Shown here: in pieces, positions 51,017 through 59,759 of the stretch
How positions within the stretch are numbered: position 1 is the stretch's first letter
Layout of the letters: every line of letters starts with the position of its first letter
IMG/VR virus record: IMGVR_UViG_3300025288_000013
Coordinates: 32,001-96,000 of that record
Reading direction: 5' to 3' (one strand)
DNA from: a virus
DNA: 64,000 nt
Notes under the pieces: generated by a model
What the model was told of the DNA's origin: nothing
What the model saw: the letters and a program-made list of their open reading frames with translations, nothing else
Database searches by the model: none
Made by a program: the position numbers and the translations under genes

Positions 51017-51388
51017 TTAGTTTATCAATTTTAGTGCCTCTTGTAGTCCATCTTCTAATGCCTCTTCGTAAGTTTTATATTCTTTGGCATCAATTGGCGA
51101 ACTAAATGCGATATTTCGTACAACTCTAAAAACATGTTTATTATACTCAAAGGAATTAAGTAGATGAATTTCGTATACTTCTCTTAACCATTTTTGTAGC
51201 AAGGATTGAGTTGGTGCTGATAATAAAGTAATATTCCACAAACTTTGTTCTTCGTCACTATTATGATTATATAAACTACCATCAATTATCGTGTCTTTGT
51301 CCCCTTGATATCTATGTTGTGTTTTACAATCAAAACCTTTTTCTTTGGCTAATTTGGCTGTTTCAAAACTTATTAGTTGATCTTTCAT
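51017..51388 (-). CDS. hypothetical protein, paralogue family B
   Basis: ISFETAKLAKEKGF...SAPTQSLLQKWLRE. Confidence 0.7.
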   Translation of the reverse strand: MKDQLISFETAKLAKEKGFDCKTQHRYQGDKDTIIDGSLYNHNSDEEQSLWNITLLSAPTQSLLQKWLREVYEIHLLNSFEYNKHVFRVVRNIAFSSPIDAKEYKTYEEALEDGLQEALKLIN

Positions 51389-51399
51389 GATTACTGTTT

Positions 51400-51744
51400 T
51401 TAGTATAATTGTTCGTTAATTCTTTTTCTACATTCTTTGCATCTGTATCTTAAATCAATTACAGATTTGACAATATCAACTTTTGCGTTCGCATTTTCTC
51501 CAAGATAACTAACATCAGGTTGTACAAATGGTGATTTATGATTCATACCACGTTCTATAATTTCTTCAACAAGATAATCATGTCTGATTTGCATTGACAT
51601 TGGTTCGATTTGTATAATTGGTGCTAATCTACCATCCATTTTGTGCTTCTTCTCAAAATTGTGCTTGTGCTTATGGATCTCACCGTGTTCACCAAGTAAA
51701 TGTTTATCACACATCAACTTTGGGTTTATCATCCACATTTTCAT
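51400..51744 (-). CDS. pyrimidine-dimer DNA glycosylase / DenV-like protein
   Basis: MWMINPKLMCDKHLLGEHGEIH...RHDYLVEEIIERGMNHKSP. Confidence 0.7.
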   Translation of the reverse strand: MKMWMINPKLMCDKHLLGEHGEIHKHKHNFEKKHKMDGRLAPIIQIEPMSMQIRHDYLVEEIIERGMNHKSPFVQPDVSYLGENANAKVDIVKSVIDLRYRCKECRKRINEQLY

Positions 51745-51875
51745 ATTTCAAACTGTTTGTTGAATATTTTTGTTGCACCAGTTCCAACAACGAAACCAAT
51801 TATTGTGTTTTCATCAAGTTCAGAACAATTTCTCAACACAAACTCATTTCCTTGTAAATCTCTAAATTTTCTCAT
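51741..51875 (-). CDS. small hypothetical protein (44 aa, not in ORF track)
   Basis: MRKFRDLQGNEF...; ATGA overlap with 51744; directly downstream of a sigma54-type promoter. Confidence 0.55.
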   Translation of the reverse strand: MRKFRDLQGNEFVLRNCSELDENTIIGFVVGTGATKIFNKQFEI

Positions 51876-51908
51876 TTTATATAATTTAATTGGTTTATGT
51901 TATATACA

Positions 51909-51930
51909 TTGCAAAAATCGTGCCAAGCTT
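51909..51930 (-). promoter_or_regulatory. sigma54 (-24/-12) consensus promoter, copy 2
   Basis: AAGCT TGGCAC GATTT TTGCA. Confidence 0.8.
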
Positions 51931-52109
51931 TATTTTGAATTTAAATCTGATAATTCAGACCAAAATAGATACAATATGATACCTAAAGCAATTGTTCGTT
52001 GGATACTTTCAATAATAAAATTTGATAATCCAATAAAAACACCTATTCTAAAAATATATACCAATGGTTTAGTGATTTTATTCATGGTTCCAATTGTTTG
52101 TTGTATTTT

Positions 52110-52187
52110 GTAGGAAAGATAGGACTTGAACCTATCACCTCTTACCAACTTTCATCAATAAGCGTACTGCCCTTATATTATTTCCTA
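52110..52187 (-). ncRNA. tRNA-like element with a non-canonical anticodon arm
   Basis: Acceptor TAGGAAA/TTTCCTA; T-arm (G)ATAGG-TTCAAGT-CCTAT(C); D-loop GG; CTTATTGAT-GAAA-GTTGGTAAG at the anticodon position. Confidence 0.6.
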
Positions 52188-52192
52188 TGTAA

Positions 52193-52223
52193 AATGAAAC
52201 CAACTACAATAGTTGGTTTCATT
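52193..52223 (-). terminator. intrinsic terminator hairpin
   Basis: AATGAAACCAACTA-caa-TAGTTGGTTTCATT perfect inverted repeat after gene 52227-52505. Confidence 0.8.
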
Positions 52224-52226
52224 GTT

Positions 52227-52505
52227 TTAACGAATTTCTTCGATTCTTTTCAAAAGATTCTCTTTGGTGTTCTTGTTACTTTTGTAAGCAATTTGAATCT
52301 TTTTGTCATCTTTGGCGATTCTTATGAAGTTTTGACCAAAAGTCACATCATATTTTTTACGCCCCATGAATAAGTCAACTTTGTTTTCTTCTTCATTTTT
52401 GATTCTTATGTTAATCCCAAAACCCTCTAAAACTGTTGTTAAGCTTTCAGTGGTTTTATCAAAATTAACTGTTTCTTTTACTGTTACTGTTTCTGTTTTT
52501 GTCAT
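52227..52505 (-). CDS. hypothetical protein, paralogue of the N-terminus of 63358-63993
   Basis: TFGQNFI...KIQIAYKSNKNT versus NFGATFI...KIQISYKSKKNT. Confidence 0.7.
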   Translation of the reverse strand: MTKTETVTVKETVNFDKTTESLTTVLEGFGINIRIKNEEENKVDLFMGRKKYDVTFGQNFIRIAKDDKKIQIAYKSNKNTKENLLKRIEEIR

Positions 52506-52566
52506 TGGTTTATGCTTATTTCTAAGACTTTATTGGTTTATGATTAAAATTTTTATATAATATACA

Positions 52567-52588
52567 TTGCAAAAATCGTGCCAAGCTT
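52567..52588 (-). promoter_or_regulatory. sigma54 (-24/-12) consensus promoter, copy 3
   Basis: AAGCT TGGCAC GATTT TTGCA. Confidence 0.8.
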
Positions 52589-52779
52589 TATATAAGACGA
52601 ATATCTTCTATTAGTACGTATTGGTGGTGTGTTTCGTACTCATATCTTACTCTAACTGTGTCATTTATTTTAGACCCATAATCGATGTGAGCAATAGTGT
52701 GACCGTTTATGTGGACAATTTCACCACCATTTGATACATGTGATTTGATATCTTTTAGTGTTCTTACTGACTGTGCCAT
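52588..52779 (-). CDS. small hypothetical protein
   Basis: Lies between two sigma54-type promoters. Confidence 0.65.
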   Translation of the reverse strand: MAQSVRTLKDIKSHVSNGGEIVHINGHTIAHIDYGSKINDTVRVRYEYETHHQYVLIEDIRLI

Positions 52780-52811
52780 TTTATTTAAGTTTTAAGTTTA
52801 TATAATATACA

Positions 52812-52833
52812 TTGCAAAAATCGTGCCAAGCTT
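52812..52833 (-). promoter_or_regulatory. sigma54 (-24/-12) consensus promoter, copy 4
   Basis: AAGCT TGGCAC GATTT TTGCA. Confidence 0.8.
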
Positions 52834-52856
52834 TATATAAAACATAAATACTGCCC

Positions 52857-53030
52857 TTAAATGTCTATGTCATTCAATATTTCCTCATAAGAATCCTTAA
52901 ACAAATTATCAATTGTTGATAGGTCTTTCATGGTTTCAATGATTTCTCTAAGTCTTACCCCTGAAGTCTTTGGGTTATCAAACTCACTTCTAAGTGAATC
53001 AATGATACTTTTTATAGTTGTCTTTTTCAT
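52857..53030 (-). CDS. small hypothetical protein (57 aa, not in ORF track)
   Basis: MKKTTIKSIIDSLRSEF...; ATGA overlap with the stop at 53027. Confidence 0.55.
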   Translation of the reverse strand: MKKTTIKSIIDSLRSEFDNPKTSGVRLREIIETMKDLSTIDNLFKDSYEEILNDIDI

Positions 53031-53254
53031 ACCAATCTTTCCTCCATATGTTCTTTTAGACGTTCATTAAGTGTCATTAATAAATTGTTTGATAATTCAC
53101 AAACACCGAACATACTTTCGAAGTTTCTTATCATTCTGTTTGATACCAATAAATGCATGTAATCATTTTTCTTATTGTTTATGATGCTTAGTATTCTTTG
53201 GAAATGATCGTTTTTTGTTTTATTGATGTTTCTTGTTGGTATTGCTGATAACAT
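53027..53254 (-). CDS. hypothetical protein
   Basis: ORF downstream of an ECF-type promoter. Confidence 0.6.
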   Translation of the reverse strand: MLSAIPTRNINKTKNDHFQRILSIINNKKNDYMHLLVSNRMIRNFESMFGVCELSNNLLMTLNERLKEHMEERLV

Positions 53255-53291
53255 AACTTTAAGTTTTTGTTAATAAAAATTTTATATGTAA

Positions 53292-53319
53292 TAAACTGCC
53301 ATATATTTAGGTTGTTACA
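53292..53319 (-). promoter_or_regulatory. ECF-type promoter
   Basis: TGTAACAA cctaaatatatggca GTTTAT. Confidence 0.75.
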
Positions 53320-53323
53320 GAAA

Positions 53324-53554
53324 TTAGAAATTTATCTTGTGACCAAGTTTTTTGTATTTCTCTACAACCGATTTTAAATCGTTTGCAAATGTTAGCACAT
53401 CAACATACATATAACCTATAATAACATTTTCATTGTTTTTCAGATGCATAACAGGTATATTCGTGTTTGAATAATTACCAAATTCAAGCACAATATCGCT
53501 TTTCTGCGTTAAAGCACCAACATTTATTATTTTTTCTATTGGTTGGCTACCCAT
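53324..53554 (-). CDS. hypothetical protein
   Basis: Operon packing. Confidence 0.6.
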   Translation of the reverse strand: MGSQPIEKIINVGALTQKSDIVLEFGNYSNTNIPVMHLKNNENVIIGYMYVDVLTFANDLKSVVEKYKKLGHKINF

Positions 53555-53783
53555 TTGAATTTTTATTACGTTTTATATGATAACAACCAAGTAAAATACC
53601 TGATATTGCTAAAACCCATATATGAGTGTTTATAGACACTTTGACTTTTACACATTGTGGATTATATGGGTTTTGCTCACACCAACATGGTGAAAAGGGT
53701 AAACAATTTGGATTTGGTGGTTGGCAAAACAAATCGTTGGGCAAAACGAATAAAAACAATGATATAACTAATAAATGTTTCAT
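53547..53783 (-). CDS. small secreted Cys/Pro-rich peptide with a PID-CTERM-like sorting tail
   Basis: Signal peptide, Cys/Pro-rich core, SINTHIWVLAISGILLGCYHIKRNK tail. Confidence 0.55.
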   Translation of the reverse strand: MKHLLVISLFLFVLPNDLFCQPPNPNCLPFSPCWCEQNPYNPQCVKVKVSINTHIWVLAISGILLGCYHIKRNKNSNG

Positions 53784-54094
53784 ACGTCTGGTATTTCTAC
53801 TGTTTGCCCTTTAAACTCGTGTTTACAATCGCTCAAATACTCTATCATACCATTTTTTACAAATGAATGACAAATTGTTTCATTTATATTGCTCCCAGAT
53901 CTTTGTCTTTTTATGTGTATTGATGGTGTGAATGTTGGTTTGTCCACATCACCATTAAACGACCAAATATGGGGTTTTCCATCAACTATAATTGGTTTTG
54001 TTGTCCAAACTCCATGATGGCATCTGCATCCGATGCAATAAAATATCCAATCTGGACTATTCTCTGACGGTTCTTGTGTGAATACTTTAGCCAT
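53780..54094 (-). CDS. DUF6527-like Zn-binding protein
   Basis: FYCIGCRCHH...WSFNGDVDKPTFTPSI...CHSFV...YLSDCKH. Confidence 0.65.
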   Translation of the reverse strand: MAKVFTQEPSENSPDWIFYCIGCRCHHGVWTTKPIIVDGKPHIWSFNGDVDKPTFTPSIHIKRQRSGSNINETICHSFVKNGMIEYLSDCKHEFKGQTVEIPDV

Positions 54095-54095
54095 A

Positions 54096-54347
54096 TTAAA
54101 AGGGTAATAGTTGAGTTGATTTTATATTCAGTGCCTTACAAATAAGATAAAGATTTTTCATTGATAATTGTTGTCTTCCACTTTCTATATTAACAATTGA
54201 AACCCTTGTTAAACCGATATTATTAGCCAATTGTTCTTGTGTTAATTTTTTATCTTTTCTTAGTTGTTCAATTTGTATAGCAATATATTTATTGTAACTC
54301 ACCTCTTGTTCTATTACTACTTTTCTTTTAATTGTGAACTTTTCCAT
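54096..54347 (-). CDS. XRE-family HTH transcriptional regulator
   Basis: LRKDKKLTQEQLANNIGLTRVSIVNIESGRQ. Confidence 0.9.
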   Translation of the reverse strand: MEKFTIKRKVVIEQEVSYNKYIAIQIEQLRKDKKLTQEQLANNIGLTRVSIVNIESGRQQLSMKNLYLICKALNIKSTQLLPF

Positions 54348-54361
54348 AATTTAAAATTCTT

Positions 54362-54715
54362 TCATATTAATTCTTTTAAAATATAATCAAATGCTACTGA
54401 ATAAGCTTCTTGTGGAGTTTTATTACCATTAAATGATTGTTTCTTATTATTTGTTTGAATAAATGAAGAAAATAATTTACCATCCATATTATGATATAAT
54501 TCTACTCCTATCCAAATACCATAATTAATTCGTAGCCATTCAATTACTTGCCATTGTTCTGGTGCTGAACATATTATATCTACACTATTAAAATTTGTTT
54601 CTATTTCTGTTATAAACCTATAACTATTACTTGAATAATATAATTTACATTTTACATCAAATCCTTTACCTTTAAGGAGTTTAGCTTGTTCAAATGTTAC
54701 AAAAATTCTTTCCAT
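54362..54715 (-). CDS. hypothetical protein, paralogue family B
   Basis: VTFEQAKLLKGKGF...SAPEQWQVIEWLR. Confidence 0.7.
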   Translation of the reverse strand: MERIFVTFEQAKLLKGKGFDVKCKLYYSSNSYRFITEIETNFNSVDIICSAPEQWQVIEWLRINYGIWIGVELYHNMDGKLFSSFIQTNNKKQSFNGNKTPQEAYSVAFDYILKELI

Positions 54716-54749
54716 TTCGTTTAAGTTTTATTTATTTCACAAAATTTCA

Positions 54750-54771
54750 TTGCAAAAATCGTGCCAAGCTT
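54750..54771 (-). promoter_or_regulatory. sigma54 (-24/-12) consensus promoter, copy 5
   Basis: AAGCT TGGCAC GATTT TTGCA upstream of 54715. Confidence 0.8.
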
Positions 54772-54995
54772 TAAATTGATTTTCCATCAATAAGTATTTG
54801 TCTTAAGTTTTGTACCGCTTCCATAACCTTTGTGTTGTGTTCACCAAGTTGTTTGTATTTGGTTTGTTTATTACCTTTTGATGGGTGGCAATAATCCAAT
54901 TGACTTTGTGCTACTTCTTTTGCTGCATTTATATCACCATCTGTTAAATCTAAAATTGAATTACAAGCATTATTCACTTTTGTTACTGAATCCAT
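54771..54995 (-). CDS. hypothetical protein
   Basis: ORF. Confidence 0.6.
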   Translation of the reverse strand: MDSVTKVNNACNSILDLTDGDINAAKEVAQSQLDYCHPSKGNKQTKYKQLGEHNTKVMEAVQNLRQILIDGKSI

Positions 54996-55338
54996 AATTT
55001 TTATTTTTTTTATTTTGCTCTATAACATTTATATCAAGATAATAATCAGCATATATGTGGATTGTGTAGACAACCCTGTTATTTGGTCTTAATGTCCTTT
55101 CAGTCACAAAACACATTTTATCGGGTTCTGTTAAACAGTTTTCTAATGAACATATCATTTCTTTGACTGGTTTGGCATCTTCAGTCCAAGCCATAGCCAT
55201 TATATCCATATCAGCATTTAAACTACCATGAAGCCCTAAAGCCCACCCACAATCTAATGCAGCTTGTCTAAGATCACCATAAATTGAAGCATAAAATGCT
55301 GCTCTACCATTTGTAACAATTGATTTTCTATCTTTCAT
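54970..55338 (-). CDS. hypothetical protein with a nucleotidyltransferase-like GS..D.D motif
   Basis: LHGSLNADMDIMA. Confidence 0.45.
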   Translation of the reverse strand: MKDRKSIVTNGRAAFYASIYGDLRQAALDCGWALGLHGSLNADMDIMAMAWTEDAKPVKEMICSLENCLTEPDKMCFVTERTLRPNNRVVYTIHIYADYYLDINVIEQNKKNKNYGFSNKSE

Positions 55339-55507
55339 TTATTTGTTTTTTAATAACATCCATATTATCTTCTATATAGACTTTCACTTGTTCTGAATAT
55401 TTATCGTTATCATATAACCACATTAAATAATCAGCTGGAACATCTTCCATTGGTTTTCCCTGATACTTGCCAAATGGCATTAAACTTTTATCTGTTAAAA
55501 CAATCAT
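55328..55507 (-). CDS. DUF3820-like small protein (59 aa, not in ORF track)
   Basis: MPFGKYQGKPMEDVPADYLMWL. Confidence 0.75.
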   Translation of the reverse strand: MIVLTDKSLMPFGKYQGKPMEDVPADYLMWLYDNDKYSEQVKVYIEDNMDVIKKQINER

Positions 55508-55764
55508 AATCTTTTAGTTATTTTAAACTTTTTTAAACAATATTCTTCTTTTGCGTTTTTTATAAGTCTTATGAATTTTATTTGTTCATAAACCTCCATA
55601 TCAGATACCCATTTATCCATTTCTTTCTGAAATTTCTTATATGCTTCAACATAATCAAGCCTTTCATATATTGGTTGTCCTAAAAAATTTTTCCCAGTTG
55701 GTTCTTTTGGTGATGGATAATCTTTTATACTAGGTTCTATTGGTTTTTTTGGTTTTGCCATCAT
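55504..55764 (-). CDS. hypothetical protein
   Basis: Operon packing. Confidence 0.6.
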   Translation of the reverse strand: MMAKPKKPIEPSIKDYPSPKEPTGKNFLGQPIYERLDYVEAYKKFQKEMDKWVSDMEVYEQIKFIRLIKNAKEEYCLKKFKITKRL

Positions 55765-56031
55765 TTAAATTTCTGAATATAGGGGATTATCATAATCTGT
55801 ATAACCAATTCCACATTTTGAACAAGTAACTTCACCACCAGCAACATTTAATTTGTTTTGTTCATCTTTGTTCATCAACTCAAACTCAACTTTGTTCATA
55901 ACTTTATCACTATTATGAAACGTATATCTTGTATCACCATCCCACACATGTTCACCACCTTTCTCACAATCTGGTTTATTTTTTGTTACAAATGCTGTAA
56001 ACGTGTCGGTTTGTATAAATTTTTCAGCCAT
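55765..56031 (-). CDS. hypothetical Zn-ribbon-like protein
   Basis: C...H...CSKC. Confidence 0.55.
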   Translation of the reverse strand: MAEKFIQTDTFTAFVTKNKPDCEKGGEHVWDGDTRYTFHNSDKVMNKVEFELMNKDEQNKLNVAGGEVTCSKCGIGYTDYDNPLYSEI

Positions 56032-56034
56032 AAT

Positions 56035-56943
56035 TTATTGGTTTTGTGTTAATAATTCAATAACTCTTTCTAATTTCTTTATTCTAAGATTTTTGCTTTC
56101 TATAACAACCATCAATTGATTTATGTTATCATGTAACCCTTTTATCTCTTCATCAACCAATTCATGTTTACTTGATGGTAGTTTCACCCATTCTTCAATA
56201 ATAACTTCATCAACTATATCTTTTAATTTTTGATCACGTATATCTGAATCTTCTGATATAAGGTTCTTTGTAAAATTTGATGGTTTCCTATCAAGTTTTA
56301 ATTTTGGTTGTTTCTTAACTTCTATTCTTTCACTAACACCCAAGAAATCCTTCCATCCTTTCCATCCTTTCCCTTTATATGTTATGTGTGGCATTTTTGG
56401 TACACCAATAGGTAGTTCTCCAAGATCTTTTAATTTCATGAAATCTCTACACCTAAACAATATCAGTTTTGGATTTTCTTCACGTAGTTCTTTTAACAAA
56501 TATTTGGCTTTGCCGTATGGAACAGTTGTCTTTCTACCATCATATTCAGATTTCATAAGTTCGTTTTTGTGTTTCTTTTGTAGTGTTGTATCATACTTAC
56601 CAAGTGGTATTTTTGTGCTACCAACAGTTGTTGGTTTATTAGAAAATTCATTAAATGTTATGTTTGATAATCGTTTGGTTTTTCCAACCTTTCTGTCGCC
56701 CAATTCTAATAACAATTGATCAACCATTTTTTGGTTTGGTTTGGTTTTTTTATCGTTCCAAAAGAATTGATTTGGTTGTTTTTCTGATATTATTTGTTTT
56801 CTTATCAAAAGCGGTATTATCATTTCATCTATATCTCTTCTAACAGCTATTTTCTTTAGGTCTAAATATTTTGGTGAAAATAAAGCATAATAAACTTCAT
56901 CCAAAAATCTTAATTCTTTTGATATAAATTTCTCTTTAGCCAT
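56035..56943 (-). CDS. hypothetical protein with one integrase-repeat-like motif
   Basis: LPIGVPKMPHITYKGKGWKGWKDFLG. Confidence 0.55.
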   Translation of the reverse strand: MAKEKFISKELRFLDEVYYALFSPKYLDLKKIAVRRDIDEMIIPLLIRKQIISEKQPNQFFWNDKKTKPNQKMVDQLLLELGDRKVGKTKRLSNITFNEFSNKPTTVGSTKIPLGKYDTTLQKKHKNELMKSEYDGRKTTVPYGKAKYLLKELREENPKLILFRCRDFMKLKDLGELPIGVPKMPHITYKGKGWKGWKDFLGVSERIEVKKQPKLKLDRKPSNFTKNLISEDSDIRDQKLKDIVDEVIIEEWVKLPSSKHELVDEEIKGLHDNINQLMVVIESKNLRIKKLERVIELLTQNQ

Positions 56944-57181
56944 TTTTTAATTTATAGGTTCTAACACTTTTATTCAATCTTTCTCGTTTAAATTCTAATG
57001 CACCAAGTAATCTATCACCTTGTAGAAAATGTGCATCAGCTTTTATAACTATTGTGTCTTCTAATTTCGTATCTTTGTCAGTCATTTTAGAAGTTACACA
57101 TTGGAACGTATCAAACATGAACAATATCTCTTTACCAAGCAAAACTGTATCCAAAATGAACTCTTGTAAATTTTCAGCCAT
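56936..57181 (-). CDS. hypothetical protein
   Basis: Operon packing. Confidence 0.55.
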   Translation of the reverse strand: MAENLQEFILDTVLLGKEILFMFDTFQCVTSKMTDKDTKLEDTIVIKADAHFLQGDRLLGALEFKRERLNKSVRTYKLKNG

Positions 57182-57476
57182 TTTCCAATTTTTTAATTTG
57201 TTTGTTTAACCAATTTATCCTTGCCTCTCTATTATTCGATTTCCAATAAAACCACCCAAACTTGTCTTGTGGTTTTGTAATTTGTATTTCGAAACCACTA
57301 TATGCATACGCTCTGCTGGGAGAATTATCAAGCAAAAATTAACTAAATTTTTCATAATCATTAAATGTTAAAACCATCTTTGCAGCTTTACATAATCCAC
57401 TTGGTACAACAACTGATGTTGATGATACAAATTCGTCCTTAATTTTTTTTAATATGTGTAGCATTTCACCCATTAT

Positions 57477-57932
57477 TTAAATACCAAGACAACATTTTTT
57501 GAATTTTTTGCCAGAACCACAAATACATGTTTCATTTCTACCAACCTTTTTTTCGGTTCTTATTGATTCAATTGTTTGTAATAATTGTTTGTTTGTCAAG
57601 GGCGGATAGTGTTCAAGATGTTGATTCTCAAATTTGTACTCAATTATTTCTTTTTCCCATTCATTGATACTTTTTGTCTTTGGAGCAATATCATCTTTTG
57701 TTACCAATTTATCAGATAAAACGAAACCCTTTTCCTCAAGAAGTTTCTTTACTTCATCAGTCACATCACTTTGTAACAAGAATAATTCTTTACCGTTTGT
57801 GTCAACGTATACCCTTATATCTTGTTCAATTGTTGCCGCATTTAAAGTAGTCTTTCCATGACTAACTGTACCAATGTTTTTGTGTGCAATTTCTCGTGAA
57901 TCACCAACGATTGCAATAGTTTTCTTACTCAT
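57477..57932 (-). CDS. SEC-C motif protein (start probably MSKK)
   Basis: C-terminal KVGRNETCICGSGKKFKKCC. Confidence 0.8.
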   Translation of the reverse strand: MSKKTIAIVGDSREIAHKNIGTVSHGKTTLNAATIEQDIRVYVDTNGKELFLLQSDVTDEVKKLLEEKGFVLSDKLVTKDDIAPKTKSINEWEKEIIEYKFENQHLEHYPPLTNKQLLQTIESIRTEKKVGRNETCICGSGKKFKKCCLGI

Positions 57933-58044
57933 AATATGTGTTAAATATAAATTGTAAAGCGTAATATAAAATATGATATGCACAGAAAACGCCAAAAATA
58001 AGTGCCAAAAGTATTACATATTTCATTTTTAATTTCATTTTTAA

Positions 58045-58533
58045 TCAACTTTTATAATTGTTGTTGGTTACACACTGTTTAAATTTTATTTTTGTGTACC
58101 CACGCATGCATAAGTTCGGTTTTCTCATTTTATATTGTATAAACAAATCTTCATTTATTTTGCCCATATAATGTTTTATTATAAACGATTGTATAAAATC
58201 AATACTTGGCTGTGGATATGTTTGTGTATTCATATTATATTTATAGTTGATATTTTCTAAACTTGTATCAGTTGTTGAAGCAATTTTGTGAACAAAATCT
58301 CTATTATACCCAATCCTATCATCCATTTTTATAGAACCATCATTTAAATAGTTTAAACACTTAAGAGGTTTATCAACATTATCAACTATGCACCAATCAT
58401 TTGGCAAAACATGATCACTAACTGTTATATATAAATGAACAAAACAGATTTTATCAGTCTTTACCATAAAACTATCCAATCTGTTATTTGATTTTGCATG
58501 TAAAAGATATGCCACTGCTTGTTTTTCTAACAT
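58045..58533 (-). CDS. hypothetical protein, paralogue family A
   Basis: HLYITVSDHVLPNDW...KIASTTD...PQPSIDFIQSF. Confidence 0.65.
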   Translation of the reverse strand: MLEKQAVAYLLHAKSNNRLDSFMVKTDKICFVHLYITVSDHVLPNDWCIVDNVDKPLKCLNYLNDGSIKMDDRIGYNRDFVHKIASTTDTSLENINYKYNMNTQTYPQPSIDFIQSFIIKHYMGKINEDLFIQYKMRKPNLCMRGYTKIKFKQCVTNNNYKS

Positions 58534-58535
58534 TG

Positions 58536-58844
58536 TTATTTTTTCTTTAATTCTTTAATTTCTTTCTTTAAATCACAAATTATATGTCTTAAGAATCGTT
58601 TCCTTTCAACAAGTATACTTTTGTTCCACCAATAACTGAACACAGAACCAAATTTTTTGAAGTCTTTATTCCACCAAAATTTTGAAAAGATGTTTGGCTT
58701 CTTTTTGTTCAGATAATCACACATATCAGCCATTTCTGATTCATCATTACCTATATGTTTGTTATAAATCCGTTCTATATTTCCACAAAGTGTATATGAC
58801 CCAAGTGGATAATGTTTAATAACACAAATAAAGTGTTTTAACAA
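58536..58844 (-). CDS. hypothetical protein
   Basis: ORF. Confidence 0.5.
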   Translation of the reverse strand: MLKHFICVIKHYPLGSYTLCGNIERIYNKHIGNDESEMADMCDYLNKKKPNIFSKFWWNKDFKKFGSVFSYWWNKSILVERKRFLRHIICDLKKEIKELKKK

Positions 58845-58869
58845 TTTTTTACGTTTCTTTAATTTTTCT

Positions 58870-59436
58870 TTATTGTTTGCTATATAGCTGAATCTGTTGT
58901 GTCTGGCAAACTTTAAATGGTTCTTTTACAGCACCAGAAAAATGTTCAGCACATCTTAAGGCATTAACAATTATATCAACAGGATTTGTTTCGTTTGTTA
59001 AAAATATGCTACCAAGTGCATATTCACTACCACAACCAATTGCATCATACCCTCTTATTGTTTCAGCCACCTGAAAATCTTCATCTATTCTAAACAAATT
59101 GTTTTTATATCCAACCAAAAACATGTCAGTTTTATCTCCACCGCTGTCATATGTTTGTAAGTATCCACCATCTTTGAAACATTGACGAACAACTTTTATA
59201 AAGTCCGTACACATATATTCAAAGATTGATTTGTCAACTTTTGGTAATTCTAATGAGAATTGTAACAATTGCATCATTCTAAATGAACCCACACAACCTA
59301 TAACAAATTCGCCAACATAAAAAACTTTTTCATTTTTTCTTTGCGTAACATTATAATAGCAATCAATACTTGCACTATCACCACCAATGATGACGTTGCC
59401 GTTTTGTCTATCAATATAACCCACTATACAAGTCAT
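58870..59436 (-). CDS. HslV/proteasome beta-like Ntn hydrolase
   Basis: N-terminal (M)TCIVG, GGDS, KVF, AIGCGSEYALG. Confidence 0.75.
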   Translation of the reverse strand: MTCIVGYIDRQNGNVIIGGDSASIDCYYNVTQRKNEKVFYVGEFVIGCVGSFRMMQLLQFSLELPKVDKSIFEYMCTDFIKVVRQCFKDGGYLQTYDSGGDKTDMFLVGYKNNLFRIDEDFQVAETIRGYDAIGCGSEYALGSIFLTNETNPVDIIVNALRCAEHFSGAVKEPFKVCQTQQIQLYSKQ

Positions 59437-59744
59437 GATTTGTTATTTTCGTACCACTTATTGAATTTTTTCTTAGCATTTTTATTATTGAGTGCTGAAC
59501 ATATGAATATAGAATTATCAAAATCTGGAATTTTTGTTGAAGTGGTAAACAAATGATTTTTGTCAAAAGAATACCATTTGTGACCTTTGTGTAGAACTTT
59601 TAATTTTTTTAAATTCAAATTCTTGCCTATTGTGTCACCAATTTCGTCTGTTGAATCAAATTCAAGTTCTTGGTGGTTTTGATTTTGTGATGCCATAGCC
59701 ATAGCCATTGTGGCTAATAATGCACCTTTCATTTTGCTTTTCAT
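59433..59744 (-). CDS. hypothetical protein
   Basis: Operon packing. Confidence 0.6.
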   Translation of the reverse strand: MKSKMKGALLATMAMAMASQNQNHQELEFDSTDEIGDTIGKNLNLKKLKVLHKGHKWYSFDKNHLFTTSTKIPDFDNSIFICSALNNKNAKKKFNKWYENNKS

Positions 59745-59759
59745 ATTATATCTATTTTG

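Noticed and set aside
52110-52187. Canonical decoding tRNA
   Set aside because: No 7-nt anticodon loop can be drawn and the D-stem is imperfect; reported as tRNA-like instead.
51909-54771. Repeated 22-bp element as a CRISPR array
   Set aside because: Spacing is irregular (hundreds to thousands of bp), the intervals contain genes, there are no cas genes, and the element matches a promoter consensus.
56035-56943. Integrase
   Set aside because: Only a short integrase-repeat-like motif is present, with no tyrosine or serine recombinase catalytic pattern.
57772-57799. TGTAACAA-N15-GTTTG on the plus strand
   Set aside because: Antisense inside a coding region with no downstream gene; probably chance.
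57991-58010. Seventh sigma54-like site TTGGCACTTATTTTTGGC (minus strand)
   Set aside because: The -24 box is present but there is no TTGC at the required spacing; at best a degenerate copy.
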